Numbered from the stretch's first letter, positions 18,861-31,178 are shown. The stretch is 64,000 bases of DNA from Candidatus Eiseniibacteriota bacterium (GCA_963702435.1 CAVPCR010000004.1:640001-704000), one strand, 5' to 3'. The notes: generated by a model from the sequence alone, not told the origin. A program made the numbers and translations.

Positions 18861-19892
18861 ATGAGCCGCCCCATCCTCCGGGACCGGGACATCGACCCGG
18901 CCGCGCTCGCGGGGCTCAAGATCGGGATCTTGGGCTACGGCAACCAGGGGCGCGCGCAGGCGCTGAATCTCCGCGACACGGGCTGCGCGGTGCGGGTGGG
19001 GCTGCGGGCCGGCAGCGCATCGCATGCCCGCGCGGCGGCGGACGGTATCGAGAGCGCGACGCCGGCCCAGGCGACACGCTGGGCCGATCTCCTCATGGTG
19101 CTCGTGCCCGATGAGGAGCAGCCCGCTCTCCTCGGCGCGCTCGCCGGAGAGCTCGGCGAGCGCACGGGACGCCGGCGTGCGGTCGGCTTCGCCCACGGGT
19201 TCAACGTCACCTACGATCGGGTCACGCTGCCGCCCAGCGCCGGCGTCTTCCTGGTCGCGCCCTGCGCCCCCGGCGAACGGCTGCGCGAGGCATACGGGCG
19301 CGGCGGCGGGGTCTTCGCCTATGTCGCGGTCGCGCACGATCCCGACGGGCGGACACGCGAGATCGCGCTCGCCTACGCGCGCGCTCTCGGCTGCGCGCGA
19401 GCGGGCGTGCTCGAGACCACCTTTCGCGAGGAGACCGAGGTCGACCTGTTCGGGGAGCAGGCGGTTCTCTGCGGCGGGCTGCACGCGCTCCTGACCGCGG
19501 CGTTCGACACGCTCGTCGCCGCCGGCTACCCGCCCGAGATGGCGTACCTCGAATGTCACGATCAGATCGCATGGCTCGCATCGACCGTGCGCACGGCCGG
19601 TATCGCCGGCACGCGGCGGCGCATCAGCTCGACCGCCCTGTTCGGAGATCTGTCGCGCGGTCCGCGCGTGATCGGCGCCCCGGCCCGCGCGGAGATGGAG
19701 TCCCTGCTCGCCGAGATCCGGAGCGGCGCCTTCGCGCGCGATTTCCTCGCCGAGATGGCGGCGGGACGGCCGCGCACCGGCACCGAGCTCGCGCGTCTCG
19801 ATGCGCATCCGATGGAGGAGGTGGGGCGGCGGTTGCGTGCCGCGCGCGAGGCCGGCAGCGGTCGGCCGGCCCCCGAAGGGCCGGTCGCCTGA
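18861..19892 (+). CDS. ilvC: Ketol-acid reductoisomerase
   Basis: LGYGNQGRAQALNLRD, FAHGFN, ETTFREETEVDLFGEQAVLCGG, EMAYLEC. Confidence 0.93.
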   Translation: MSRPILRDRDIDPAALAGLKIGILGYGNQGRAQALNLRDTGCAVRVGLRAGSASHARAAADGIESATPAQATRWADLLMVLVPDEEQPALLGALAGELGERTGRRRAVGFAHGFNVTYDRVTLPPSAGVFLVAPCAPGERLREAYGRGGGVFAYVAVAHDPDGRTREIALAYARALGCARAGVLETTFREETEVDLFGEQAVLCGGLHALLTAAFDTLVAAGYPPEMAYLECHDQIAWLASTVRTAGIAGTRRRISSTALFGDLSRGPRVIGAPARAEMESLLAEIRSGAFARDFLAEMAAGRPRTGTELARLDAHPMEEVGRRLRAAREAGSGRPAPEGPVA

Positions 19893-20063
19893 CGTCGGCG
19901 CCCGGGCGGGACGCGCGGCCACGCCACGCGGCGGCCCGGGGGGACCGGCCCGGCGTCCGCCGCCGCAGAGCGGGCCGGGAACCGCGCCCCGGTCCCGATC
20001 GGGGGCGGGCCGGCGCGGTCGCCGGCGCCTCACGGCCGCCCAAGTAGCTGGAAACAGGGGGGC

Positions 20064-20093
20064 TTGACAGGGTTGGAGCGGCACGACTAGACT
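20064..20093 (+). promoter_or_regulatory. Candidate sigma70 promoter of the rho operon, TTGACA-N18-TAGACT
   Basis: Consensus -35 and a good -10 about 240 bp upstream of rho. Confidence 0.6.
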
Positions 20094-20331
20094 GCTCCAT
20101 CAGAAGACGGGTCTCGGCGAATGCGGCTGGCCCCACGCGGCAACCAGGCAGACACCCCGGCCAGCCACCTTGCCGGCAAAGGACTCGGACCCCTGCCCCG
20201 GCTTCGTACGTCCTCCCAAACCCGTGCCGACGGTCGCCGTCTTCCAACTCGATTCCTGATCCGATCGCACCCGCACCTCTACCACCACGCTCCCACCCCG
20301 GTCATGCGCTGCTGACTGGGAGATAGAACTC

Positions 20332-21667
<1,336 letters not shown>

Positions 21668-21732
21668 GACGCCGGCCCGGCGGCGCCGGCGTCCGCCGGC
21701 ATCGCGCATCCAGACAGCGGGAGTAACACGAA

Positions 21733-21966
21733 ATGAAGCAGGGAATTCACCCCGACTACCATCCGGTCAAGATCGCCTGCGTCTGCGGCAGCATGATCGA
21801 GACCCGCTCGACGAGCAAGGACATCCGCGTCGAGATCTGCTCGAGCTGCCACCCGTTCTTCACCGGCCGGCAGAAGCTCGTCGACACCGCCGGACGCGTC
21901 GACCGCTACCGCCGCCGCTATGCGACCGCGAGCGAGCCGGCCGACGCCGCCAAGGCGTCGAGCTAG
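21733..21966 (+). CDS. rpmE: 50S ribosomal protein L31 (Zn-binding type)
   Basis: [30 protein letters not shown]. Confidence 0.97.
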   Translation: MKQGIHPDYHPVKIACVCGSMIETRSTSKDIRVEICSSCHPFFTGRQKLVDTAGRVDRYRRRYATASEPADAAKASS

Positions 21967-22001
21967 GCGGATCCGGTCGCGGAGACAGACGGAACCAGGA
22001 C

Positions 22002-22934
22002 ATGCCCGAGACCAGTCGCTACGCGCCGATCGGCGGTCAGGCGGTGATCGAAGGCGTCATGATGCGTTCGCCCTCGTTCGTCGCGACCGCGGTCCGGCGT
22101 CCCGACGGCACGATCGTCGTCCACCGGACGCCGTTCCTGTCGCTCACCAAGCGGCTCAAGTTCCTCGGACTCCCCATCCTGCGCGGCGCGGTCGGCCTCA
22201 TCGAGTCGCTCCAGCTCGGGTTCGGCGCGCTCTCCTTCTCGGCAGAGCAGCAGGCGCTCGCCTCCGGCGACGCGGATCAGGGGGCGGTGGCGGTGCCGAA
22301 GCGCGGCCTCTCGCGGCTCGAGCGCCTGGCCATGCCGGCCACCATCGTCGTCTCGCTCGGGCTCGGGCTCCTCATCTTCTTCTACATTCCGCTCCTCCTC
22401 ACCGACCTGACCGGGGCGCGGAGCGGGTTCGCGTTCAACCTGATCGACGGGGCCATCCGCCTCGTCTTCTTCCTGCTCTATCTCATCCTCATCAGCCGGT
22501 GGAGCGAGATGCAGCGGGTGTTCCAGTACCACGGGGCCGAGCACAAGTCGATTGCCGCGCTCGAGGCCGGCGACGAGATGACACCCGAGCGGGTGGCGCG
22601 GTACTCCCGCTTTCATCCGCGTTGCGGCACCTCGTACCTGCTTGTCGTCATGCTGGCCTCGATCGCAGTCTTCATGTTCCTCGGCCGGCCGGAGACGGTG
22701 GCCGACCGCGTCCAGCGCTTCCTCTTCATTCCGCTGATCGGGGGCATTGCCTTCGAGCTGACGCGGCTCTCCGGCAAGTGGGCCGCGATCCCGATCGTCC
22801 AGGCCTTCATCCTGCCCGGACTGCTCCTGCAGCGGATCACCACCCGGGAGCCGACCCTCGATCAGATCGAGGTCGCCGTCCGCTCGGTGCGCGAGGTGAC
22901 GCGCGAGGCGGGCGGGCGCATGATCCCGCTCTGA
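22002..22934 (+). CDS. DUF1385 (YqhQ-like) membrane protein
   Basis: IGGQAVIEGVMMR, FQYHGAEHK, HPRCGTS, LQRITTREP; typical position between rpmE and prfA. Confidence 0.9.
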   Translation: MPETSRYAPIGGQAVIEGVMMRSPSFVATAVRRPDGTIVVHRTPFLSLTKRLKFLGLPILRGAVGLIESLQLGFGALSFSAEQQALASGDADQGAVAVPKRGLSRLERLAMPATIVVSLGLGLLIFFYIPLLLTDLTGARSGFAFNLIDGAIRLVFFLLYLILISRWSEMQRVFQYHGAEHKSIAALEAGDEMTPERVARYSRFHPRCGTSYLLVVMLASIAVFMFLGRPETVADRVQRFLFIPLIGGIAFELTRLSGKWAAIPIVQAFILPGLLLQRITTREPTLDQIEVAVRSVREVTREAGGRMIPL

Positions 22935-22985
22935 CGGCCGCGCCCGTAGCCGACAGATCACCGATTCCCGGCGCGAGATCGCAAG

Positions 22986-24098
<1,113 letters not shown>

Positions 24099-24109
24099 GG
24101 GTGCTGCTA

Positions 24110-27100
24110 TCAGCGGAGCATGACCATCTTCGTGGTCAACGTCCGCTCACCGGCAACCAGGCGGCAGTAGTAGGTGCCGGAGGCCATCACCCGCTCTCTG
24201 TCATCGCGGCCGTCCCATGCCGCCGTGTAGACGCCCGCCGCGAGGGAGCCTGAAGCCAGCGTGCGCACCGAGCGCCCGCACAGGTCGTAGATCCTGAGCG
24301 TGACGGGGCCGGCCGCAGGCAGATCGAAACGAATCGTCGTCACCGGATTGAAAGGATTGGGGCAGTTCTGGTGCAAGGTCAGAGCTAAAGGCGGTACCAC
24401 GCCGCCGGATTCCCCGCCGATGTAGGCATACGCGGTCTCGTGGTCGGCGACGGGCGCCGGCGTGTCCCCCGAGGTGAATTCCCGATCCTCGTAGTAGATG
24501 ACGAATCGCTCGATGCTGCCCTCATCGCCGGTCCCATCATCGGATACGGCGAGGAACCAGGGATGGAAGCTGTCCGGGGGCAGGTGCTCTTCCGCGTCGC
24601 TCAGGTCCACGTCCCTGAACAGGTCATCGGAGTCATCGCCCTCCCGGTCGCACACCGTCTTGATCCAGACCGGGTTGGCGGGGTCGCCGGCCCCCACCCT
24701 GACCACGAGATCGCCGCGGAACGGATGCTGGATCGCGAACTGCGCCCGGATCGACGCCGGCGCGGACCCGATGAAGGCGTGACTGGTCCGTCCGTCGCTG
24801 ATCGCGATCGGAAGCCCGGCGGCGCTGTAGGTCGCATCGTCGAAGGTGAGCGCGAAGGCCGTGATGCTGCCCTCGTCTCCGGTTTCGAGGTCCGTGACTT
24901 CCAGGAACCAGGGATGGGTGCGGTCGGGGGGCAAGTAGTCCACCGCCGCGCAGACATCCACATCCATCACCAGGCCCTGGGCGTCCTCGCCCTCGCGATC
25001 CGAGACGGTGGTCACCCAGTCCGGGTCGGCGGGATCGCCGGCGCCCACTCTCACCACGAGATCCCCACGCCACGAATGTTCGATGTCGATGTGCGCTTGG
25101 CAGGAGAAAGTGGATGAGGGAGACGAACCGATGTAGGCATAGCCGGTCTCCAGATCCGGCACCGTGACGGGTGGGTCGCTCGAGCTGAAGAACAAACCGT
25201 GATGGCTGATCGTGAATTCGACAATGCTGCCCGCGTCTTCGGTTTCCTCGTCCGCGACCGCGAGGAACCACGGGTGCGAGTCATCCGGGGGCAGGTAGGC
25301 GGCCGCGCCGCTCAAGTCGACATCGGCGATCAAGTCGTCAGCGTCGCCGCCCTCGCGATCGGAGACCGTCGCCACCCAGTCCGGACTGGCGGGATCGCCG
25401 GCGCCCACCTTCACCACGAGATCCCCGCGATACGGGTGCTGGATCTCGACGTGGGCGAACGAGGAGGAAGACGGCGATGAACCGATCAGCGCCTGGCTGG
25501 ACTCGCCGTCCACGATGTCAACGGGGAGGCCCGCGGCGGCGTACTCGCGGTTGTCATATCGGATCGTGAAGGCCCCGATGCGTCCCTCATCGCCGGCGGC
25601 CAGGTCCGACACCAGGAGAAACCACGGCTGGGCGCTGCCGGGCGGCAGGAAAGCCACAGCCGCGCTCAAGTCGACGTCCAGGATCAGATCGTCGGCGCTG
25701 CCGCCCTCTTCATCCGATAAGGTGATCACCCAATCCGGGTTGGCGGGATCGCCCGCTCCCAGCTTGACGGAGAGATCTCCACGATAGGGATGTCGGATCT
25801 CGATATGCGCATAGTCCGCGGGGGACGCCGCGGCGATGGCGTGGACATAGCCGCTCTCCAGAGCCGGGTTGCCGTCCGCCCGCTCGGTTCCCGGGTGCCA
25901 GAGGAAGTCCGGATGCTCCGTGGCGGAGGGGCCTTCCCAGCTGCTGGGGCCGGAGACGGGGTTGCCCGCGTCGTCCACCGTGCATCGGAACTCATACTTG
26001 ACGGTCTGTTCCCAGGTGCCGACGAAGTCGGAGCTCACGGCGTCGGTCGCGTAGTACACGCGACAGGCGAATCGCGCCTCGTCGCCGCTGCGCTCCACCT
26101 CTTCCATCTCATAGCCGTAGATCGGGTGGTTCCACACTTCCTCGTAGCAGTCCAGGTCCATGACGACCGGTTCGTCCTGGCTCACGATGTGCTGGATCAG
26201 GACCACCATGAACTCGTCGGGATAGATATCGTCGAGATCGTCGCCCGAGCCGTAGTAACGGTTGCCCCAGGTGCCGTCGCTCTGGGCGGCGTTGTGCCAC
26301 TCGGTGAGAATGCCCTTCTTGTCGGCCACGCTGAAGAAGATCCCGCCCGCCGCCGCGGCGACTGCCGGTTCCGGTTCGAGGATCGACGCGGCTGCCCAGC
26401 CGTTGCAGTGCCCCCACCAGGTGTTCTTCTGGTCGGTGGTCCGATGGTTGTCGAACTCCCAGCTCGTGGCGTAGGGCGACGGGAAGGACCCGCTCTCGGC
26501 GCGCACGTAGTAGTCGTACTTGTCGAGTGGTCCGTCCTCTTGCCAGAGACGTTCTCCGCCGCCGCTGTCCAGCATCGGCCACCAGTAGCCGGACCAGGCC
26601 AGCGTGGACGTGGACGCTTCGGAGGTGCGATCGAGAACGTCACCCTTCGATCGTCCTCGAGACCAGGGGATCTTCCCGGTCGACGCGGCGAGAGGCCACC
26701 AGCGGCCGCCTGCGGGCGCCCCGAACTCGACGCCGGTGTCGATGTCGCCGCTCTCGCCGGGCGCGCGATGCGTCCCGGCGGGACCTCCGGGGTGATGGAC
26801 GGTATCCACGATGAGCTCGGCTACGAGGCGACCGTCATTGACGGTGGTGCGGAGCGGCCAGGGAAGGCCGGGGCGCCACGTCTGGACGATCCGGGTGCTG
26901 CCGGAGGACAGCCGCACCGTGCTCTCGCCGGCCTCTTGTTCCAGGTGCTGATCGGCCTGGATCGTAAAGCCGTTCGGTCCGTTGATGCAGTGCTCGTAGC
27001 GGAAAGTGCCAGCGGCCGCGGGGCCGAACACCGGCATCGAAAGCGGAACGTAACCATAGGCCGTGACGGTGGGGCCCGGATCCGACCTCCGGTACCAGTG

Positions 27101-27520
27101 AATGATCTTCTTACCGGTCCATCCGGAGGGATAGACCTCGAGTCGTCTGAGGGTCAGCGATTCCTGATCGAAGAAGACGCGATAGCACTCGCGGGTCAAG
27201 TCGGCCGATTGACAAGTCACGGCGACGGCAATTGCCGGGGCGCCGTCCACGAGCAGCTCGCGTTCCACCGCGAAGCGCCAGCGACCGGTGGTTTCCGCCG
27301 CCCGCGCCGGGTTCTCGGGACCGAGAATCGACTTCTGTCGGACCAGGACCTCCCAGCTCGAGCCCATCTCCCAACGCGGTCGGTCAAGCGTCGACTGCCC
27401 GCTGGCGAGGACGGACCCTGCGAGCAGGGAGATGAGCAGAATGAACGCGAGAATCGGTGCAGCCGGCCACAACGAACGCGAGAATCTGACGCGGCAATGA
27501 TCCCTACCCTGGCGTGTCAC
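24110..27520 (-). CDS. Large secreted multidomain protein: unknown N-domain, transglutaminase-elicitor-like domain, 4 proprotein-convertase P-like repeats, FlgD-Ig/T9SS-type C-terminal domain
   Basis: Hydrophobic signal-like segment; WSGYWWP, PLDKYD, WWGHCNGWAAASILEPEP, VWNHP, HPDFLW; four IxHxxRGDLxV...WFLxVxD...DxG repeats; QNCPNPFNP...WDGRD...SGTY. Start uncertain. Confidence 0.8.
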   Translation of the reverse strand: MTRQGRDHCRVRFSRSLWPAAPILAFILLISLLAGSVLASGQSTLDRPRWEMGSSWEVLVRQKSILGPENPARAAETTGRWRFAVERELLVDGAPAIAVAVTCQSADLTRECYRVFFDQESLTLRRLEVYPSGWTGKKIIHWYRRSDPGPTVTAYGYVPLSMPVFGPAAAGTFRYEHCINGPNGFTIQADQHLEQEAGESTVRLSSGSTRIVQTWRPGLPWPLRTTVNDGRLVAELIVDTVHHPGGPAGTHRAPGESGDIDTGVEFGAPAGGRWWPLAASTGKIPWSRGRSKGDVLDRTSEASTSTLAWSGYWWPMLDSGGGERLWQEDGPLDKYDYYVRAESGSFPSPYATSWEFDNHRTTDQKNTWWGHCNGWAAASILEPEPAVAAAAGGIFFSVADKKGILTEWHNAAQSDGTWGNRYYGSGDDLDDIYPDEFMVVLIQHIVSQDEPVVMDLDCYEEVWNHPIYGYEMEEVERSGDEARFACRVYYATDAVSSDFVGTWEQTVKYEFRCTVDDAGNPVSGPSSWEGPSATEHPDFLWHPGTERADGNPALESGYVHAIAAASPADYAHIEIRHPYRGDLSVKLGAGDPANPDWVITLSDEEGGSADDLILDVDLSAAVAFLPPGSAQPWFLLVSDLAAGDEGRIGAFTIRYDNREYAAAGLPVDIVDGESSQALIGSSPSSSSFAHVEIQHPYRGDLVVKVGAGDPASPDWVATVSDREGGDADDLIADVDLSGAAAYLPPDDSHPWFLAVADEETEDAGSIVEFTISHHGLFFSSSDPPVTVPDLETGYAYIGSSPSSTFSCQAHIDIEHSWRGDLVVRVGAGDPADPDWVTTVSDREGEDAQGLVMDVDVCAAVDYLPPDRTHPWFLEVTDLETGDEGSITAFALTFDDATYSAAGLPIAISDGRTSHAFIGSAPASIRAQFAIQHPFRGDLVVRVGAGDPANPVWIKTVCDREGDDSDDLFRDVDLSDAEEHLPPDSFHPWFLAVSDDGTGDEGSIERFVIYYEDREFTSGDTPAPVADHETAYAYIGGESGGVVPPLALTLHQNCPNPFNPVTTIRFDLPAAGPVTLRIYDLCGRSVRTLASGSLAAGVYTAAWDGRDDRERVMASGTYYCRLVAGERTLTTKMVMLR

Positions 27521-27590
27521 CTCGCACCTGCCTTGACATCGAGCCCTCTAGCCTTCTGCGGGAGCGATGAGGAGCCCAAGACAGACGCTG

Positions 27591-27599
27591 ATTGTACCA
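27591..27599 (-). promoter_or_regulatory. Candidate extended -10 promoter (TGgTACAAT)
   Basis: TGn+TACAAT about 70 bp upstream of the 27520 start. Confidence 0.45.
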
Positions 27600-27645
27600 T
27601 GGGGGCGGGTTCCGCTTCGCTCCCGCGCACCGCGGCGCGAACCGC

Positions 27646-30051
27646 TCACGCTCGCCGGACGACAACCACCGTGAGATCGTCGCCGAGCCCGCCCGCGCCG
27701 GCGAAGTCGCGCGCCGCCTGGACGATGCGGTCGCGGATCGCGGTGGCCGGGAGGCCGTCGGTCGCGGCGAGCACGGCGATGAGCCGCTCCTCCTCGAAGA
27801 ACTCGCCGCCTGCGTTCTGCGCTTCCACCACGCCGTCGGTGTAGAGCACGAGCACGTCGCCCGGCAGGAAGGGGACGGTCGTTTCCTCGTAGCTCGTTTC
27901 GGCCACCACGCCGAGGAGGAGGCCGCCGACCGCGAGATTCTCGATCGCGCCGCTCGCCCGCCGGAGGAGCGGCGGGTTGTGCCCGGCATTGGCGTAGACG
28001 AGGCGGTTCGTCTGCGGCAGGAGGAGGGCGATGGCCGCGGTGATGAAGCGGCCCGGCTCGGTCGAGGCGATCACGAGCTCGTTCAGCTCGCCGAGCACGT
28101 GGTTCAGGTGTCCGGGGTGGTGGGCGTGGCCGCGGAGCCCGGCCTGCAGGTTCGACATGAGGAGAGCGGCCGGCACGCCCTTGCCCGCGACGTCCGCCAC
28201 CGAGATGAGGAGCCCCTCGCCCCAGACCAGGAAATCGTAGGAGTCGCCGCCGACCTCCCGGCTCGGGATGGAGGTGCCGGCCACGTCGAGCCCGGGCACC
28301 TCGGGCACCGCGGTGGGGAAGAGGCGGCGCTGGATGGACTGGGCGACGAGGAGCTCGCTCTTCATCGCCTCGCCCTCGACGGCGAGCCGGCGCCGCTCCT
28401 TGAGACCCTGCGCCATCCCGTTGAAGGCGTCCGCGAGCTCGCCGAGCTCGTCGCCGCGCTCGAGCTCGATCCGATGATCGAGATCGTCCTCGGCGAGCTT
28501 CTTCGTGCCCTGGTGCAGCGCGCCCACCGCGCCGTGAATGCTCCGTGCGATGCGGACGCCGACCGCGATCGAGGCGATCTCGACGAGGAGGACGAGGCCG
28601 CCGAGCACGCTGAGGGCGATGAGCACGACCTGGTTGAATGGATTGGCGGCGGTGTTGCGGAGGTCGGCGAGGAGGCGGCGGAGAGGCGTCTTCACCGCCA
28701 CCATGGCGTCTTGCTGATGGCGCATACCGTCGGCGTCGAGCGCGAAACCGCTGATGATCTGGGCGCCCGAGTAGGTGCCGCCCGGCCCGGGCGCGCTCCC
28801 GGCGACGGTCAGGGGGCGGCCCTTCTGCTCGCCGAAGGAGATCTGGACCCCACGGTCTCCCGCCTCGACGGCGAGCGAGTCGGTGGTGACGATCCGCATC
28901 TCGGTCTCGATGCGCCGCGCCACGTCCGCCGCGCGCGCGGAGTCGAGCAACGCGAAGGAGCGGATCGCGATCTCCGCCCCCGGCTCGCCGCGGCGGACCC
29001 CCGTGGTGATGTAGGACCGGTCACCGGCGAAGACGAGGAACGGCTCGTCGACCGCGGGCAAGGGTTCGCGCATGAGCGCTATTTCTTGCGGCACACCGGC
29101 GCGCGGAGCGAAGCGCATCGTGAACCGGGTCGTGTCCGCGAGCTCGCGACGACTCGCGACGAGGAAGAGGGTGGGCGGGACCAGGTGGCGGCGGGCGAGT
29201 GAATCGAGCGCGGCATCGGCGGCGGCCCGGTTGCCCACGGAATCGGTCGCGGTGAGCGCCGTCGCGAGCTCCGGCGCGGCGAGGATCGCCTCGAGCCCGC
29301 GCTCGGTCTCGGCGCCGGGTTCGAGGAGGCGGGCGGCGACGAGCGCGCGGTAGCTGCCCATGGCGAGGTAGGCGGCGGCGCCGATGAACAGCGCGAGGAG
29401 GAGCGCCGGGATCGCTCCCACGAAGATGTACGACGTGAGGAGGCGCGTGCGCAGGCGGAAGCGGTCGAAGATGCGGCCGGGGAACTGGACGAGGAGCGCG
29501 GCGGCGAGCGCGGCCGCGAAGGAGAACACCGCCGCGGAGAGCGCGCGGAGGACGGTGGCGAGGCCGCCGGGGAGCGGCGGCAGTCCGTGCGCGGCCGCCG
29601 CTCCTAGAACGAGGGTGAGGATCGCGGCGAGGAGGAGGAGCGCGCGCGCCCGGAGGCCGACCTGCCGATCGAGCCAGCCGAGCGCGAGCGTCACCGGGAG
29701 GAGGAATACGCAGAGGACCGCAACCGGCGCTTCGCCGGTGGCGGCGAGGACCACCGCCCCGAACGCGCCCGGGATCACGAGCAGGCGGTGGCGCCAGCGG
29801 CCGATGCCGGGGAGCGAGAGCGCGGCGATCCCGGCCGCCGCCGCCCCGAGGAGCGCGGCGAGCGCGATGGCGAGGAGGAGCGCCAGGGGGCGGAGCGGGA
29901 TCCAGCCCGCGACGGCGGCCACGAGCAGTGCCGCGAGGACCGCGGCGCCGAGGCGTCGGAGCCGCGTGCGCGGCGAGTCCTCCGGAGCCGTGGCCAGGTG
30001 CGTGGCGAGGGCGCCGGCGAGTGCGGCGAGGGTCGAGAGGAGCGCGATCAC
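27646..30051 (-). CDS. Membrane-bound HAMP plus SpoIIE/PP2C (RsbU-like) serine phosphatase
   Basis: Multiple TMs, HAMP (DELGELADAFNGM), EVGGDSYD, VADVAGKGVPAA, NAGHNPP, LYTDGVVEA, DDLTVV; GAGGA RBS before GTG 30051. Confidence 0.92.
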   Translation of the reverse strand: MIALLSTLAALAGALATHLATAPEDSPRTRLRRLGAAVLAALLVAAVAGWIPLRPLALLLAIALAALLGAAAAGIAALSLPGIGRWRHRLLVIPGAFGAVVLAATGEAPVAVLCVFLLPVTLALGWLDRQVGLRARALLLLAAILTLVLGAAAAHGLPPLPGGLATVLRALSAAVFSFAAALAAALLVQFPGRIFDRFRLRTRLLTSYIFVGAIPALLLALFIGAAAYLAMGSYRALVAARLLEPGAETERGLEAILAAPELATALTATDSVGNRAAADAALDSLARRHLVPPTLFLVASRRELADTTRFTMRFAPRAGVPQEIALMREPLPAVDEPFLVFAGDRSYITTGVRRGEPGAEIAIRSFALLDSARAADVARRIETEMRIVTTDSLAVEAGDRGVQISFGEQKGRPLTVAGSAPGPGGTYSGAQIISGFALDADGMRHQQDAMVAVKTPLRRLLADLRNTAANPFNQVVLIALSVLGGLVLLVEIASIAVGVRIARSIHGAVGALHQGTKKLAEDDLDHRIELERGDELGELADAFNGMAQGLKERRRLAVEGEAMKSELLVAQSIQRRLFPTAVPEVPGLDVAGTSIPSREVGGDSYDFLVWGEGLLISVADVAGKGVPAALLMSNLQAGLRGHAHHPGHLNHVLGELNELVIASTEPGRFITAAIALLLPQTNRLVYANAGHNPPLLRRASGAIENLAVGGLLLGVVAETSYEETTVPFLPGDVLVLYTDGVVEAQNAGGEFFEEERLIAVLAATDGLPATAIRDRIVQAARDFAGAGGLGDDLTVVVVRRA

Positions 30052-30158
30052 GAGTCGGGATTCCTCATGTGATGGCCCTATGTGATAGCCCGGGACGGCG
30101 GCGCAGTCTACCACGCGGCCGCGCTCGCCCCGGTTCGGATGCCGGTACAATGGCGGGC

Positions 30159-31031
30159 ATGGATGAGCCCACGGTCGCTCTCGAGCTGGCCCGAGCGGCC
30201 GCGCGCCTGCGCCAGGCGGGGGTCGACACGCCGGAGGTCGATGCCCGCCTGCTCCTCGGCCACGTGCTCGGGCTCGCCGCCCCCGCCCTCGTGCTCGAGC
30301 GCGACCGCCGCCTCACGCCCGCCGAGGAGGCCGCATTTGCCGATCTCCTCGCCGCGCGCGCGGCACGCCGGCCGCTCCAGCATCTCCTCGGCGCGGTCGA
30401 CTTCCACGGGCGCCGCTTCCGGGTGGCGCCCGGCGTCCTCATCCCACGCTTCGAGACCGAGTGCGTCGCCGCCCTGGCGACCACGATGCTCGATGAGCTC
30501 GCGGCCGCCCCGGGGTGTCCGCTCCGCGCGGCCGACATCGGCACCGGCACGGGGGTGATCGCGATCACGCTCGCCGCCGAGCGGCCCGCGCTCCAGGTCG
30601 TCGCCACCGACTGCTCGCGCCCGGCGCTCGCGCTCGCCGCGGCGAACGCGAGCGCTCTCGGCGTGGCCGCGCGCGTCGGCCTCATCGCCGGCGATCTCAG
30701 CGCGCCCATCGCCGCGGGAGCGCTCGATCTCCTCGTCGCGAACCCACCCTACCTCGCCGCCGAGATCCTCCCGGCGCTCGCGCCCGAGGTGCGCGACCAC
30801 GATCCGCGCGGCGCCCTCGACGGCGGCCCGGGCGGGCTCCGCGTGATCGCGCGGCTCCTCGCCGACGCGCCGCGCGTCCTCCGCCCGGGCGGGCGTCTCG
30901 TCCTCGAGATCGGCGACGAGCAGGGGGCTGCCGCGCGCGCACTCGCGGCGGCGAGCGGGCTCACCGCGATCGCGGTGCACCCGGATCTCGCGGGGCGCGA
31001 CCGCATCCTCGCCGCCACCCGTGCCCGGTAG
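30159..31031 (+). CDS. prmC: Release factor glutamine methyltransferase
   Basis: RRPLQHLLG, VLIPRFETE, DIGTGTG, ANPPY, ALDGGPGGL, DLAGRDR. Confidence 0.95.
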   Translation: MDEPTVALELARAAARLRQAGVDTPEVDARLLLGHVLGLAAPALVLERDRRLTPAEEAAFADLLAARAARRPLQHLLGAVDFHGRRFRVAPGVLIPRFETECVAALATTMLDELAAAPGCPLRAADIGTGTGVIAITLAAERPALQVVATDCSRPALALAAANASALGVAARVGLIAGDLSAPIAAGALDLLVANPPYLAAEILPALAPEVRDHDPRGALDGGPGGLRVIARLLADAPRVLRPGGRLVLEIGDEQGAAARALAAASGLTAIAVHPDLAGRDRILAATRAR

Positions 31032-31178
31032 CAGAGATTCTCCCATCGCCCGGCTCCTTTTTGGTTATTGTGGCACCGGTCCCGGCAATCCTCTGCACAG
31101 GAGACACGAGCGAGAACACGAGGAGCGCGCGTGAGCACGACGGCTCTAGTCTTCAAGGTGCCCCGCCTCGAGGTGGTC

